Assembly (NCBI RefSeq): GCF_030144855.1
Contig: NC_082722.1
Location: forward strand, 19,220,001-19,284,000
Source: Hypanus sabinus
Lineage: Eukaryota
DNA: 64,000 nt
Direction of reading: 5' to 3'
Shown: positions 1 to 12,239 of the stretch, piece after piece
Layout of the letters: the number at the start of each line of letters is the position of its first letter
How positions within the stretch are numbered: position 1 is the stretch's first letter
Program-made: the position numbers and the translations under genes
The notes under the pieces: model-generated
What the model was told of the DNA's origin: nothing
Databases searched by the model: none
What the model saw: the letters and a program-made list of their open reading frames with translations, nothing else

Positions 1-489
1 CATTAAACTCAAAAACTATCGTCAATTCTCATTTTGTTAATCGACTCTGCTGTGGAACATTTCTGATACGTTTTGACAATGCGATATTAAATAAATGCAT
101 CATGATAAAATGTCAGTGTCCAAAATTTCAATGTAGTTTTTTTTTACTGAGATTGCGAAGATTTCTTCCGTATTTAAGGTGAAATATTAGAGAACTTTTA
201 TCCATGCTCCAGATCTCTGCTCTTGTCAGTAGACATTTGACAACACGGTACAACACACTTAATTCGCCATTCAGTATTCTGAGAACTTAAACGGAAAGGG
301 AATACTATGCATGTATAAATAATTCTTGTCTAGCATTTTTTTATGATTTGTGCTTAGATTCAAACAAAGCAATTTGTCCTTCTCAGTATCTTATCATATC
401 CTTCGCTGATATCACCTAAGTTCCGAGAGGCAATATTTCTCCTGGCATTGACTTTGTCTATTCGAGTTCTGAAGAACGGACTCGGTTTG

Positions 490-2754
490 AAATGCCGGCT
501 GTTTATTTATTTCATAGATGCTGCCTGAAGTGCTAAGTTCCTTCAGCATTTGGAGTACTGTATAGCTCTGGACTTTTGGCATCAGCAGAATATTTTGTGT
601 TTATAAATTTTTTCCTACTTAGGATCACAAGTTGCAATTATTCGATGTTATTAGAAAATAATGGAACATTTTAAACAGGTATTTAACTGATATAAAATAG
701 TTGATATACATTTGTTGTTTTTGAATGACATATACTGAGTAAAGAAACACATACTTTCGGAAATAGCTTTACAAGTAATTTACTTAAATTAACTTTCTTA
801 CTTTTCAATTAAGCGCTAAACGCGATAACGTGGGTATCTGCAACTTACTCGCCTGAGGTGGTGAAGCTTTTGAGCACACGGTGTTTCCATGATGTCAGCT
901 GCTAACTGTGAGTGCAGTCACTTTGCTGTGTGTGCTCTCATTTAGCAAAAACATCTGCACCGGGTGCATCTTGTCTTTGCAAAGTTAGAAAAGATCACTT
1001 TTGAGGATCAGAAATCGCGTTTCACGTGCAAAATAGGTGCCTCTTTCGACAAATAATTTACATATCCATCAAGTCAGAACAAAGGAAAACACAAGTACAC
1101 ATAAACGCAATATTGCACAATAGGTTCTATACATGTGGCATGAACGTTTATTTTGATATATTTTTAAATTCGTTACCATATCTTGATGGAGCACAGCAAA
1201 AAAGTATTTCAAACACGTTCTGATTCTGAGCACTTCAGATAAAATGACAAAACACCTGCTAAATGTTAACAACGTTAAACACACAGAAAAGTTAGGTTAA
1301 CAAAAGGAGTACAAAAGAGAACAGAAACCCTAAGTTCTAGAGTTAAAGTTCGGCATTATTCGCCGTGGAAATGATGCGATCATTGGGAGTTGGAGAATGG
1401 AGTATACCACAAATTAGCCGAGGAATACCACAAATCAGCACTGGGCCTGAACAAAAGGAGGTAAAATCTGGAGGAACCAAAGCACAGAGAGGTTTGAAAG
1501 AATGGATGGCAATGATAAAATCCATGTTTTCTTTCAATGAATGGCGGAGTGGTTCGGTGAGTGCGTGGTTTTCTGATAAACGGGTCGCATAAACAAATCA
1601 TAACCAGTCACGCAGAATTGTTGAAATTAGTCTTCCATATTGACACGCATTTATAGTCCCCCAGTTATGACCTCTCGGCCAGGAGTGCACGAATAAGCAC
1701 AAAGGCAGACATTTCCTCTGCATCTACTCGGACCGCAATACTCTGTTCGAAACTGTTCAATCTGATTGCCAACCCAGAACAATAGCCAGGGATGTCGACC
1801 AACTATCGCACATTTTCAGTGACAGTATCTAGAAAATTTCTGTATTATAAAGACATTTTCCTTGCCCGGAAACAGAACGTCCCAAAATCTAGATTTCTGT
1901 AACAATACCAACACTATACGAAGGCAGGCATTGGTGAATATACCCTTAACATTCATCTTTCGTTAACTTACTTTCTTCCAAAACTGTGTTGTGTAGTACG
2001 TGGCATGTCCTCGTGTTCTATCGTCCAGGGCGCAGGACCTACCTTTATTCTGGTGCCCCAGTGCTTCAAATTTATAATCGCCAAACTCAGAAAAAGTATT
2101 AATTTTATTATTATTTCGAATTGGTAAAGTCAAGCAAGCAAATTTCTCAACTGTTAGCAAAATTCAAACTGGTGTTTGGAATTGTGGCTTTCTGGAGATT
2201 TCTATAAATTCTGCTTTGTAGACCCGATTGTTTAATGCTTTTACGTTATGATTTTGGGATGATATCAGTTGTAGATATCACTATTTCGACAAGGTACACC
2301 TTTTTCATGTTCCATAGTCTTTCAATTTCAGGTGATTTTTACTCATCGATTTCTTATATTGTGTGTCTTTGGACTGGCTATATCTAGTAAGTAGGTTCTT
2401 TTTGCCTGTAATATTTATATGCGAAATGTTATTACAAATTGTCCCATCTGTAATAATGGATTAATTGTATTATAAGTTTGTGAGACTCTGATTCTCAAAC
2501 TGTTCCAGACACGCGTTTATCGCAAGGAATTGTTCTACTACTGAGTTTGAAATATTAAGCAAGATTTTGGTAAAGAATGCTTGCCACTTAATTGTACCTG
2601 TCTGAGTAATCGGACTGACTTCAACTGTGGCAATGCCCTGTAATGAGTTACACAGTTTCTGGCTTCCCTTGTCCTTTCTGCCTGCATCATCTGACAATTT
2701 TCTGTGGTTTCTATTCTATATTTTTGATCATTTTTTGAGTGAACCACCTGGTCC
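490..2754. repeat. Segmental duplication block A, copy 1 (direct repeat of 60450-63521)
   Basis: Near-continuous alignment by eye, roughly 90% identical. The second copy carries an extra CR1 insertion. Confidence 0.95.
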
Positions 2755-2764
2755 AGCATGCCAC

Positions 2765-3564
2765 TGTTATGGTTCAATCCGGAGCACGCAATCCGGGTCT
2801 TGATCCGGTCCGCGGACTCTGGACTCGGGGTCTCATAGCCATCCCTCATTTCACCCTTAAGCCAAAATGGGATCATCCTGGCTTAAGGAGGCGCACCTGA
2901 TGCCTATCAGCCGGCAGGTGTATAGAAGAGGCTCTGGCAGTGAGTCTGGTTGGGGTTCGTTTTGTTTGTCTTGTACGCGCTGTTCCCGCTGTTCCGTCTG
3001 GTTCGCCTTGTTTGCGCTGTTGCGCTGTTCACCTCTCTCAAACGTTTAGACCTGGTTGTCCTCTTTGCGCTGGTTGCCTGATTTATCCTGTTTCGACCTG
3101 TTCGGCATGTTTGCCCACCTTGCGCTGTTCGCCCGGTTTCGTGCTGTTCGTCCTGTTCGCCCCGGCTTGGAGTACACACCGTTAATCATCTAGTTCTGTG
3201 AGTCAGTCTCAGAGTCACCCAGGACCGAGCTCCCTTCCTATCCCCTGCCTCCGTCGGGTAAGCCCGGCTGGACTGCCGTTGCCCGGCGGGGAACGGTGCC
3301 CTTTCCTACCCCTCGTTTCCGACGGGTTGTGCCCCGCAACCTGCCCAGGTGCCACGCGATTTGCCCAGGCCCTTGTGTTCCTGCCTGGGAGGCCGGGCGC
3401 TGCCCAGGAGTTATGCGGCCTGCCCAGGGGGCTAACCTCCCAGAATTCCTTGTCCCACAGACCCATCCTCTAGCCTAGTCAAGATCCGACCTTGCCAGGA
3501 ACTCCAAGATCCGGCCTTGCCAGGAACTCCAAGATCCGGCCTTGCCAGGAACTCCAGTATGACA
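2765..3564. mobile_element. GC-rich LTR-like insertion (TG...CA ends), family unassigned
   Basis: Abrupt GC shift at the end of block A. Begins tgttatgg and ends tatgaca. No clear TSD. Confidence 0.4.
3480..3555 (+). repeat. Tandem repeat, 3 x 25 bp (caagatccggccttgccaggaactc)
   Basis: Directly visible. Confidence 0.95.
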
Positions 3565-3593
3565 GTCCCTCACGCGCGCCACGGTCTCCCCAT

Positions 3594-4362
3594 CTTAAAA
3601 CGTAGAACACAGAATAGTATAGCACATTACAGACCCTTCGGCCCACAATGTTGAGCCGACCCTCAAACCCTGCCTCCCATATAACCCCCCCACCTTAAAT
3701 TCCTCCATATACCTGTCTAGTAGTCTCTTAAACTTTACTAGTGTATCTACCTCTACCATTGAATCAGGCAGTGCATTCCACGCAGCAACCACTCCCTGAG
3801 TGCAAAACCTTCCTGTAATATACCCCTCGAAATTCCCTCCCCTTACCTTAAAGCCATGTCCTCTTGCATTGAGCAGTGTTGCCCTGGGGAAGAGGCGCTC
3901 GCTGTCCACTCTGTCTATACCTCTTAATATCGTGTACACCTCTATCCTCTCATCCTCCTTCTCTCCAAAGAGTAAAGCCCTAACTCCCTTAATCTCTGAT
4001 CATAATCCATACTCTCTAAACCAGGCAGCATCCTGGTGAATTTCCTCTGTACCCTTTCCAATGTTTCCAAATCCTTCCTATAATCAGGTGACCAGAACTG
4101 GACACAGTACTCCAAGTGTGGCGTAACTAGAGTTTTATAGAGCAGCGTCATTACATCCCGTCTCTTAAACTCTATCCCTTGACTTATGAAAGCTAACACC
4201 TCATAAGCTTTCTTAACTACCCTCTCTACCTGTGAGGCAACTTTCAGGGATCTGTGGACATGTACCCCCCCAGATCCCTCTGCTCCTCCACATTACCAAT
4301 TATCCCGCCATTTACTTTGTAGTGTGCCTTGGAGTTTGTCCTTCCAAAGTGTATCACATCAC
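3594..4362 (-). mobile_element. CR1 LINE 3' fragment
   Basis: Minus-strand ORFs with CR1 ORF2 C-terminal motifs (LYKTLVTPHLEYCVQFWSP, LERVQRKFTRMLPG) and a short-repeat 3' tail. Confidence 0.9.
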
Positions 4363-4832
4363 AGGTTTTTACACTGTAAACAAAGTTTCTCTCTCTGGTG
4401 GTGACGAATCTCTGATTTTTATCCACTTATGAGTACTAAGGAATAGCTTCGGCGGGGGTGGGGGTGGCGCATACTTAAGGCAAAATAGGTTTATTTCATG
4501 ACATTGCTGGGGACTTGTCAATGATATAGCAGATGAGAATATGGTTGAACATGTCAGTCATTACCTGCTTGAATGACCGGACAGAAGAGGAAGACGGAAT
4601 GTCTTCTTCCCAATCTTACTCTGAAATTTCTTAGTTATATTTTTTTCCGCTGATAACCCCCTCAAATAAATCATAAGAACGTCGAAGACAAAGATGAACG
4701 CTTATCTTGTCAACTTATACAATTGATATTTATTGACATTCTTTGTCTAGACTCAAGAAATAAAACGAAGCAATGCCTCAGTCTGCACTCATTGATAGTC
4801 CACAGCTCCAAACTGTCGTTGGATTCTCAGCT

Positions 4833-4964
4833 TCACAGTTCCTTTGATTTACTTACATATGCGTACAATGTATGTTGGTTTTGATATTTAGATGCTGAGG
4901 TGTTCTTGGAATCGGGAAGCTGCACAGCAGCGTAGGTCAGTTTGACAGCGCCATTTCCTTTCAT
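4833..4964 (-). CDS. Orphan terminal exon copy 1 with ITIM (LTYAAV) and ITSM (TLYAYV)
   Basis: ttttcacag|ATGAAAGGA...TGA; MKGNGAVKLTYAAVQLPDSKNTSASKYQNQHTLYAYVSKSKEL*. Minus-strand AATAAA at 4729-4734. Confidence 0.75.
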   Translation of the reverse strand: MKGNGAVKLTYAAVQLPDSKNTSASKYQNQHTLYAYVSKSKEL

Positions 4965-5659
4965 CTGTGAAAAGATTTCAAAATCAGTGATTAATCGAGA
5001 ATCCTTTGAGTTGAATACATTGAATCAAAAAATATAAAACAGATTAGTGATGCACAGATAAGTTATCAATTTGAGATTTCTGCTGTTTTACACAAAGTTT
5101 CTGTCAAGATTTTTTCAAAATATCCCTTTTTGATTCATATGGTATTACAACTCCAAAAGTTTGTGTTATCCCACTGAACAACGAACGTTTTTTTTCCTTA
5201 CTTGAAATAAACCTCAACAAAATCAAGTTGGGAGAGTCGGTAACTACTTGGAGCAGCAGGCATATACAAAATATTTCTCTAACTCAAAATACTAGTGCAT
5301 TTTTGTGTTATATGTGTCTGATTGCTGCAAACTCTTCAGTCTATAGATCTTACGCTGTTTCCTCAGTCACACTTGCCAACATAACTTCAAATGCACACAG
5401 GCACTCTCATCAGTGGATGCCGCATACTTTGTTCATTCATGCCCTTGTGTTACTATTTTGTCACAATTCGGTATTTCCATGAATAACACTAATGTTCGGC
5501 TGGTTCAGTGATCCTCGATTATTATCAGATATTAGTGTTCATTATGGAGCTGATAGCGGGCTTGGAAAAGATGACATTCCAAGTTTCATGCTTTTTTGTC
5601 CTTCCTCGTTTGTAAAATACATACGAAATTAAATTCATAAAAGCGAGGGGACAATATAA

Positions 5660-6135
5660 TATCGAGGGATCCTGCAGATGCTAAAAATCTTGAGAAATGC
5701 AAAAAATTGCTGATGCAATTCATTAGGTAAGGCAGCATATATGAAGTTAAATAAACTGTCGATTATTCTGCCCGAAACGCTTTATCAGGACAGTGAAAGA
5801 AGGAGTCAGACGCCAGAACAAGAAGGTGGGTAAGGAATACAAGATGACAGCTGATAGGAGGAATCAGCTTGGTAATAAGGAGGAGACAGTGGATCCTGGA
5901 AGAAATGGAAGGATTGGAGGCGATGGGCAGATGGGGGGAAGAGAAGAGGTGAACGGTGAACCAGAACTGGGAATAGAGAAAAAAGAGAAGGGGGATGATG
6001 AAATAGTTCGAAAGTTGGAGAGATCAACGTTTATGTCGTCAGGATGGAGTCCACCCGTATGGAAGAAAATGGTGATGCTATATCGATGGTGTTCAGTTGT
6101 AAATGGTAACAGGATGATTTTCGGTGAAAGGGGGT
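5660..6135. mobile_element. Penelope-like element remnant (orthologous copies at 12915-13470 and 40640-41180)
   Basis: Degenerate gatgctggaaat...ggcagcat...cgaaac terminal motif and purine-rich tract, shared with the GIY-YIG-bearing copies at 9790 and 19860. Confidence 0.6.
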
Positions 6136-6221
6136 GAGCTCTGGCGCAGTCTGCATTTTGGTATAACGTTAAAGGGCTGCACAGGTTTATAAAGCAACCT
6201 CCTTTGGGATATTATGTTTTG

Positions 6222-6445
6222 AGTGGCACGGTAGGGTAGCGGCTATTACAGCAGCAATGATCCAGGTTAAATTCCCGTCCCTGACTAAATTGTTTGTTTG
6301 TACGTTTTTCCATAACCGTATGATTTACTTCGGGCGCTCTGACCGGCTCCATATTCCAAAGACGAACGGCTGAGTATGCTAATTTGTCACATGGGTATAA
6401 CAGAGCGGTACGAACTAGTTGGGCCTCACGGCTCAGTTACAACGC
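6222..6445 (+). mobile_element. Degenerate tRNA-derived V-SINE/HE1-like SINE (paralogous copy at 13552-13770; partial at 41300-41400)
   Basis: gtggcacggtag A-box-like start, ggtt.aattccc B-box-like, and a V-domain-like core (ttcgggcgctctg..ctcc...attccaaagacg). Confidence 0.65.
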
Positions 6446-6946
6446 TATATCTCAAAACCAAATTAAAATGTTATTCACAATAACATGTCTGCTTTACCTG
6501 AGATTAGATAATGCGCACTTCTTGCCGTCAATCTTTGCGAAATCCTTTGCTCTCCCACATATTTAGTGATTCATAGGCAGTGGCGTACTCAACAGCTACT
6601 TGATTAGCCTGCTAGAAGAACACATTTAATACTGCTAACTGGTACATAGGTTAGTTTAATTCGAAACTTAATTAGGAAACGATTGAGAAAGAAAGAATGT
6701 TCACTGTAATCAAGTAATCTGAAAATTTCTCCCCTTTTCCGTGTTTGGGAATCTGCTCTGTGACTGTTCTTAACCAGATTTCATCGACACACATAGACCA
6801 TTTGGAAACAGTTCCATCTTTCCATAAGCGCTAGAGTTTCAGAACATGTTCAATATTCAGAGTGCACAAAATGTAGAAGGTAAGCAGTAGATAAGGAGAG
6901 GAATAAAATAACGACATTTCGATCCGATACCTTACTCCAGGACGCA

Positions 6947-7014
6947 ATCAAGACACCATCTTACCTTGCTCCTGGATGTAGCTGAAACTGACAGGCACCG
7001 TGAGGGAGACATGC
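6947..7014 (-). repeat. Local duplicate of the C1 exon 3' end plus donor (also at 47609-47673)
   Basis: Minus strand reads catgtctccctcacggtgcctgtcagtttcagctacatccaggagcaag|gtaagatggtgtcttga, about 450 bp downstream of the real exon end in both paralogs. Confidence 0.85.
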
Positions 7015-7410
7015 TTTATCATATTTTTAGCAAATGTCCAGAAGTTTGCTACCTTACAACTATTGAACGATTTCAATTTCTTCATTCGTGCTGCACGATT
7101 TAGAGCAACAGGAACAACACATCAGCTTTTGAACACCTTTCACGTTTGCTATACACTGTCAATAACTGATCTTTAAAATGAGTCATTCTTCCTTGTAGCT
7201 GTTCAGTTACTGTTCTTACACGGTCACATTCGCCCCAACGCTATCACTTGCAAGCGCTTCCATCTTATATTAAGCGCAACGGATTCTGAACATGCTGATA
7301 TCCAGAATTTTACAGAAAGTCCTGGAAGAACTCCGCCGATCAGGCGATCTAAAATATCGACGTTAAAGGCCGAGATCCAAGATCATGACTGCATCAAGAC
7401 ACCAGCTTAC

Positions 7411-7704
7411 CTTGCTCCAGGACGTAGCTGAAACAGGTAGGCACCGTGATGGAGACATGCGACACCAGACACATGTAAACATCTTTTCCCCAACCAGACT
7501 GATTAATTTCCAAAAATCTGTAAGCCTTGTATAAACCCTCCGCGTTCCGGTTTATCACTCTTTCTCTTCCACTGCGAATTTGCTTGTTATTTTTTTGCAA
7601 GACGATTTCTAATTCCTTCGTGGAGAAGGCAGCTGTTTTACAGAGGAGCTGCCGTGTAGCTGAAAGATCTCCAATAGGAATGATTTCCAATGGCGTTGGG
7701 GGAG
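7411..7704 (-). CDS. Orphan paralogous C1-set exon (core Trp replaced by Leu, FYP replaced by FST)
   Basis: Same 294-nt length, intact taaag| acceptor and CAAG|gtaagc donor, open frame. 38 of 97 residues differ from the 48074-48367 exon by manual count. Confidence 0.8.
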
Positions 7705-8489
7705 CTTTAACAAAAAGATATATATTGGGTGTTTAGCAACCATTTAATTAAAGTAAATTATTTTATCTTCCCGCCAATTCAATTATATCTCATTATCAAA
7801 TTAGTTACCCGCCATAGGTTACCAGCATTTTATATATTATTTTAATTTCAAGTTCAAGTTCATAGTTATTAAACCAAAACCCCAAATTATGATAGATTTC
7901 CACAGTCCGAAAAAAAATAAGCTCTTGCATAGATTTTGAATATTCTGGAAACTCAGTTGTTCAGGCAGTTTTTCAGAGCTTTTGTTGGAGCTTTCTAGTC
8001 ATCAGCATTTACTGATAGAGCTTTCCTCGGAATGTAAATCACTGCTGGAAAATTTTTCCGTACTTAATGTGTTGAATATGGAAAATCCCACCCTCCATAA
8101 AATATCCAAGAACGCAAATGCGAAGCTGATATTAATCGCATTTATTCTACATTTCTATTCTTTCATACACATTGTTGGCCTCCAGCAAAATGTTTGATAG
8201 TGACCTGGCACTGATATACGAATGCTTATGCCCTGCAGAGAGACAATCCTGGAGCTGAACGAACTCCGCTTTTCCCTGCAGAGATTTCACTGAAACTTGA
8301 GCCCAAATTTCACGGTTTTGTAAACGTGGTCTGCTTCCGCTACAGCTATGGTCCGTATCTAACTTAGGAAAGTCTATCGTCAAATTCCTTTATCAATGTG
8401 TCACAACATTTAGCATTTCGCTCTGCCGACAATGGTCATTCTGAGCTCATGGTTGCCCGAACAGCCCTGGCACAGTCCATGTACGGATT

Positions 8490-9340
8490 ACAGATGTTTA
8501 CGTGCTTGTTGCTGTAAGGCAAATTAGTTTGTATAAGTCCTCAGGGTCCGAGATGGAGTCACGTTCGACCTTTTAGGGAGGCTTGTGCAGAATTTTAAGG
8601 TGCCTTGATAGAGGTATTCGAAATGTCCTGATCCTCGGCTTAGGTGCTGGAGAATTAGATATGATTAATGTTTTATAGTTGTTCAAGAAAGCCTGCAAGA
8701 TTAGGCCGGGAACTTTTAAGATGGTGAGCCTGACGCTTGTAAAAGGTAATTTATTGGAAATATTCCAAGTGACAGGATACATAACTATTTAGATAGCAGC
8801 AGGAATAGCCATCAAGATTTTGTGCATGGTAAGCAGTGTCCAGCTTAACTTTAAGAGATTTTCGAGGAATTTACCCGGGATTATATTGAAGGAAATGCAG
8901 TGGATGTTATCTAAATGGCAAACCCCTCGGCAAAGACCGGAATGTGAGTCTGATCAAGAAGGTTCGGTTGACATTCAGGATGAAGTAGTAAAATGCATTT
9001 AACAGTTGCTTGGCATGAAAGCCAGGGAGTGGAAGTAGACGGTTTTTCTCTGACTGCAGGCCTGAAAATAGAGGTGTACCGTGGGGATCGGTACTGTTTT
9101 CGTTGTTTGTTGTTCATCTATATTCATAATTTGTGCGTTAATGAATTAAACTGGTTCATGAAATTTGCAGACCTGGACAGTGGGGAACGCTTTGAGTGGA
9201 ATATGGCACAGCTGTAACAAAGGTCTGTGAAATAACAGCTGGAATTTATTCGCTTTAGGGCGAGGCGTCTTCGGTACAGGGACGAGAAAGGACCTCTCCC
9301 ACAACACAGGAACCCTCTGGAAACTCAGGCTCAGGTTAAA
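8490..9340. mobile_element. Decayed CR1 RT fragment (+) followed by a short Rex1/RTE-like fragment (-)
   Basis: KFAD-like and GDRYC (GPxLF) remnants on plus; LWERSFLVPVPK on minus. Confidence 0.55.
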
Positions 9341-9789
9341 GACAAAACGACCTTTATTTAAAATGCTTAATGAAACGCATTTTGCGTGTAATGCATCCTC
9401 AGTAATTCTCCGAAGCATTTTTAATCATGATTTCGTCCTCTAGTTCTGAAATGAACCGAAGTAAGAAACCAAGGTTCAAAATCACGTCTGGCTTTTGGCG
9501 AATAAGATTTACCGGTAGTTTATCGTTTGTTGTATGGCACGCTACGAGAGGAATGTTTCTAAATAGATTGCAACAAATCAAAGCGATAGAATTGGGGGAG
9601 ACGACGCAGAGAAATTTTCAAGTTTGCAGATATTGAAAATCCCTGAAACCGTTATCGTTCATGTTATTCTTTTTATTTACTTTGTTCATTAGACTGTATT
9701 GATTTTCATGTATAAATGTAGTACACATGTCCTTTTGTATCAGTATCTGAGAGCACTACTATTTTTTTTTTTTGCAAATGGCATTATCC

Positions 9790-10560
9790 AGTGCGAACAA
9801 CTAATGATACAAGTTTAAAACAGTGTGGGACGTGGAATTAAAATGTGTGGCCAGTGGGAGATCCTAATTTATCTGGCGTACAGAGCGTAGATGTTTAGCC
9901 AAATGGTCTCTCATTCTGCCTCAGGTCTCACCAATATATAGAAGGCCGCATCGGGAGCACCGGACGCGTAATTCCACATCCCACTAGCATTCTGATATGT
10001 CTATTCATGGCTTCCTCTTCAGTCACGATGAAGCCACACTCAGGTTAGAGGAACAACACCATATATTCCATCTGGGTAGCCTCCAACCTGATGGCATGAA
10101 CATTCCGTTTATGCCCAACACGCCTTCTTATCCCATCCCCTATGTGTTTATTTGAATGTTTGTGAGTTTACGTATTTATTATTTTCCCTTGTTTTCTTCT
10201 TCACTCTCTCTCTATCTTCTGCTCCGTCCCTCCTACGATCACTCCCTGCATGCTCTCCCTCTCCCTCTGGCGCTCCATTCCCCAATTCTTCTCCCTGGGC
10301 CTCCCGTCTTCTGGTCCTTCCCCTGCTCCAGTTGTGTATCTCTTTTGCCAGTTTATTTACAGCTTTTCGCTTTCCCTCCTTCTGGGGTCTTCTCCCATCA
10401 ATTCGGATCTCACCCTCTCCCTCCGACTTTCAAACCCTTACTATCTCTTCTTTCAGTTGGTCCTAACAAAGGGTCTCGGCCCGAAACGTCGACTGTACTT
10501 CTTTCTGTATATGCTGCCTGGCCTGTTCTGTCACACCAGCATTTTGTGTGTGTTTCTTGG
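9790..10560. mobile_element. Penelope-like element with internally inverted GIY-YIG segment
   Basis: 9800-9970 on minus reads CSRCGLLYIGET...HFNSTSH; 9975-10110 on plus reads STSH...DEATLRLEEQHHIFHLGSLQPDGMNI. Confidence 0.75.
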
Positions 10561-12107
10561 TCTACTCTTGTGACGTTGCCCTTCTGAGCAATGACAAACG
10601 GCTATTTGTGTTTTTAATGAGTAGATGAAGAAATGAATAAAAAAGATAAGCGTGCAAACATATGTCAACTACGAACAACATATAACTGTGCATCTTTACT
10701 TAAGAGTAAATATCTAAACAAAATCTAAAGGTGGAAAAATCGACGAGATTTGAGATGTGAAGCGACCTAGTGAAGGAACAGAATGAATGATTCTGAAAGG
10801 GAAATCTATTCCAGGCAGCATATCCAGCTGTACATTTCTGAGCGGCCCACTCTTGTTTCCAAGCGTGTATGTTTCATTAGTTTCGCGATTTTTTTCTGGA
10901 TTGTCGAAACACTTACAGTAATAGATTGTTGTTTGCATTTTATCAGAGGATTTATTTCACTGCTGATGTTCTCTGCACCTTCTCCCCACCATCCTTAGTC
11001 TCACACCTTATCTACCAAACACGCTGACCTGATGAGCAACAACAATGTATTATTTTAATAGGATACTCACCCTGCTGTGTCATACATACATCGACCTGAA
11101 CCGGAATTAATTCGTCAATTTACTGACTAAATGATGGGTGTATTTCAGACTTATTGTGCTCCACTGGGCAATTCGGCAGTTATTAATCGCCGAGGAGCTC
11201 TGTGCAAAGCACCATATTCTTCGAGGGTACACATCTAGACATGTGATTCCTATTTAAATCTACTTTCCAACGTCCATGTTTTTCAATCAAATGTTATGAT
11301 TAGCCCAAACCTGATTTTTTTTTATGTGACCATGTGCGTATCTCCTCTGCTTCAATGTGGGCGGGGACAGGTAAACAGGTTACAATGCATTTCTCTTTCC
11401 TTTCGGGTGCCCCGGGATTTCTGTTACTACCATGTGATAGTGCAGTTCCATTTTGCAGCTAATCGAGCAGCAATCCGTGAATTTATATGAAACAGAAGAG
11501 TTCAGATTTTTTTTAATCATACGACATTTACTGATCAATATTCAGGCGCAGGGCTATTATTGCGAGAATGCTTCGTGATTTTTTCCATATCTTCAAATCT
11601 ATATTTCCTTCGGTTGAAATGAGTAAGAATAGCTGTTCAGTTGGCTGTTTTTACACTGTAAACAAAGTTTCTCTCTCTGGTGGTAACGAATCTCTGATTT
11701 TTTCATCTTCTGAGTACTGTGGAAGGAATAGATTCGCGGGGTGGGCATACTTAAGGCAAAATAGGTTTATTTCATGAAATGGCTGGGGACTTGTCAATGA
11801 TATAGCTGACGAGAATATGGTTGAACATGTCAGTCATTATCTGCTTGAATGACTGGACAGAAGAGGGAGGCGGAATGGCTTCTTCCCAATTTTATTCTTT
11901 AATTTCTTAGTTATATATTTTCCGCTGATAACACCCTCCAATAAATCATAAGAACGGCGAAGACGAAGATGAACGCTTATCTTGTCAACTTATACAAATG
12001 ATATTGATTGACATTCTTTGTCTGGATGCAAGAAATAAAACGAAGCAATGCAAAGGTCTGCACTCATTGATAGTCTACAGCTCCAAACTGTCGTTGGATT
12101 CTCAGCT

Positions 12108-12239
12108 TCACAGTTCCTTTGATATATTTACATATGCGTACAATGTATGTTGGTTTTGATATTTACATGCTGAGATGTTCTCGGAATCGGGGAGCTGTAC
12201 AGCAGCGTAAGTCAGTTTGTCAGCCCCACTTCCTTTCAT
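12108..12239 (-). CDS. Orphan terminal exon copy 2 with ITIM (LTYAAV) and ITSM (TLYAYV)
   Basis: ttttcacag|ATGAAAGGA...TGA; MKGSGADKLTYAAVQLPDSENISACKYQNQHTLYAYVNISKEL*. Confidence 0.75.
   Translation of the reverse strand: MKGSGADKLTYAAVQLPDSENISACKYQNQHTLYAYVNISKEL

Larger units (their letters stand above)
4365..6652. repeat. Segmental duplication block B, copy 1 (3' UTR, terminal exon and last intron)
   Basis: Direct repeat of 11645-13975 (close) and 39420-41620 (more diverged). Confidence 0.93.
6655..8480. repeat. Segmental duplicate of 47335-49420 (C1 exon and flanking introns)
   Basis: Starts at the shared motif aattcgaaacttaatta and is colinear through the C1 exon and upstream intron. 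Confidence 0.9.

Noticed and set aside
7980-8480. ORFs in the conserved block upstream of C1 (also 48960-49420)
   Set aside because: The copies differ by frame-breaking indels and have no Ig motifs. Treated as intron.
10152-10587. Several Pro/Ser/Leu-rich ORFs (also at 13.0-13.4, 15.0-15.8, 19.9-20.4 and 40.6-41.2 kb)
   Set aside because: They arise from pyrimidine/purine-skewed tracts of Penelope-like repeats.
10714-10938. Minus-strand ORF containing TTIYYC
   Set aside because: No upstream B-strand Cys or Trp; the adjacent upstream sequence looks like a repeat remnant. Not a V exon.
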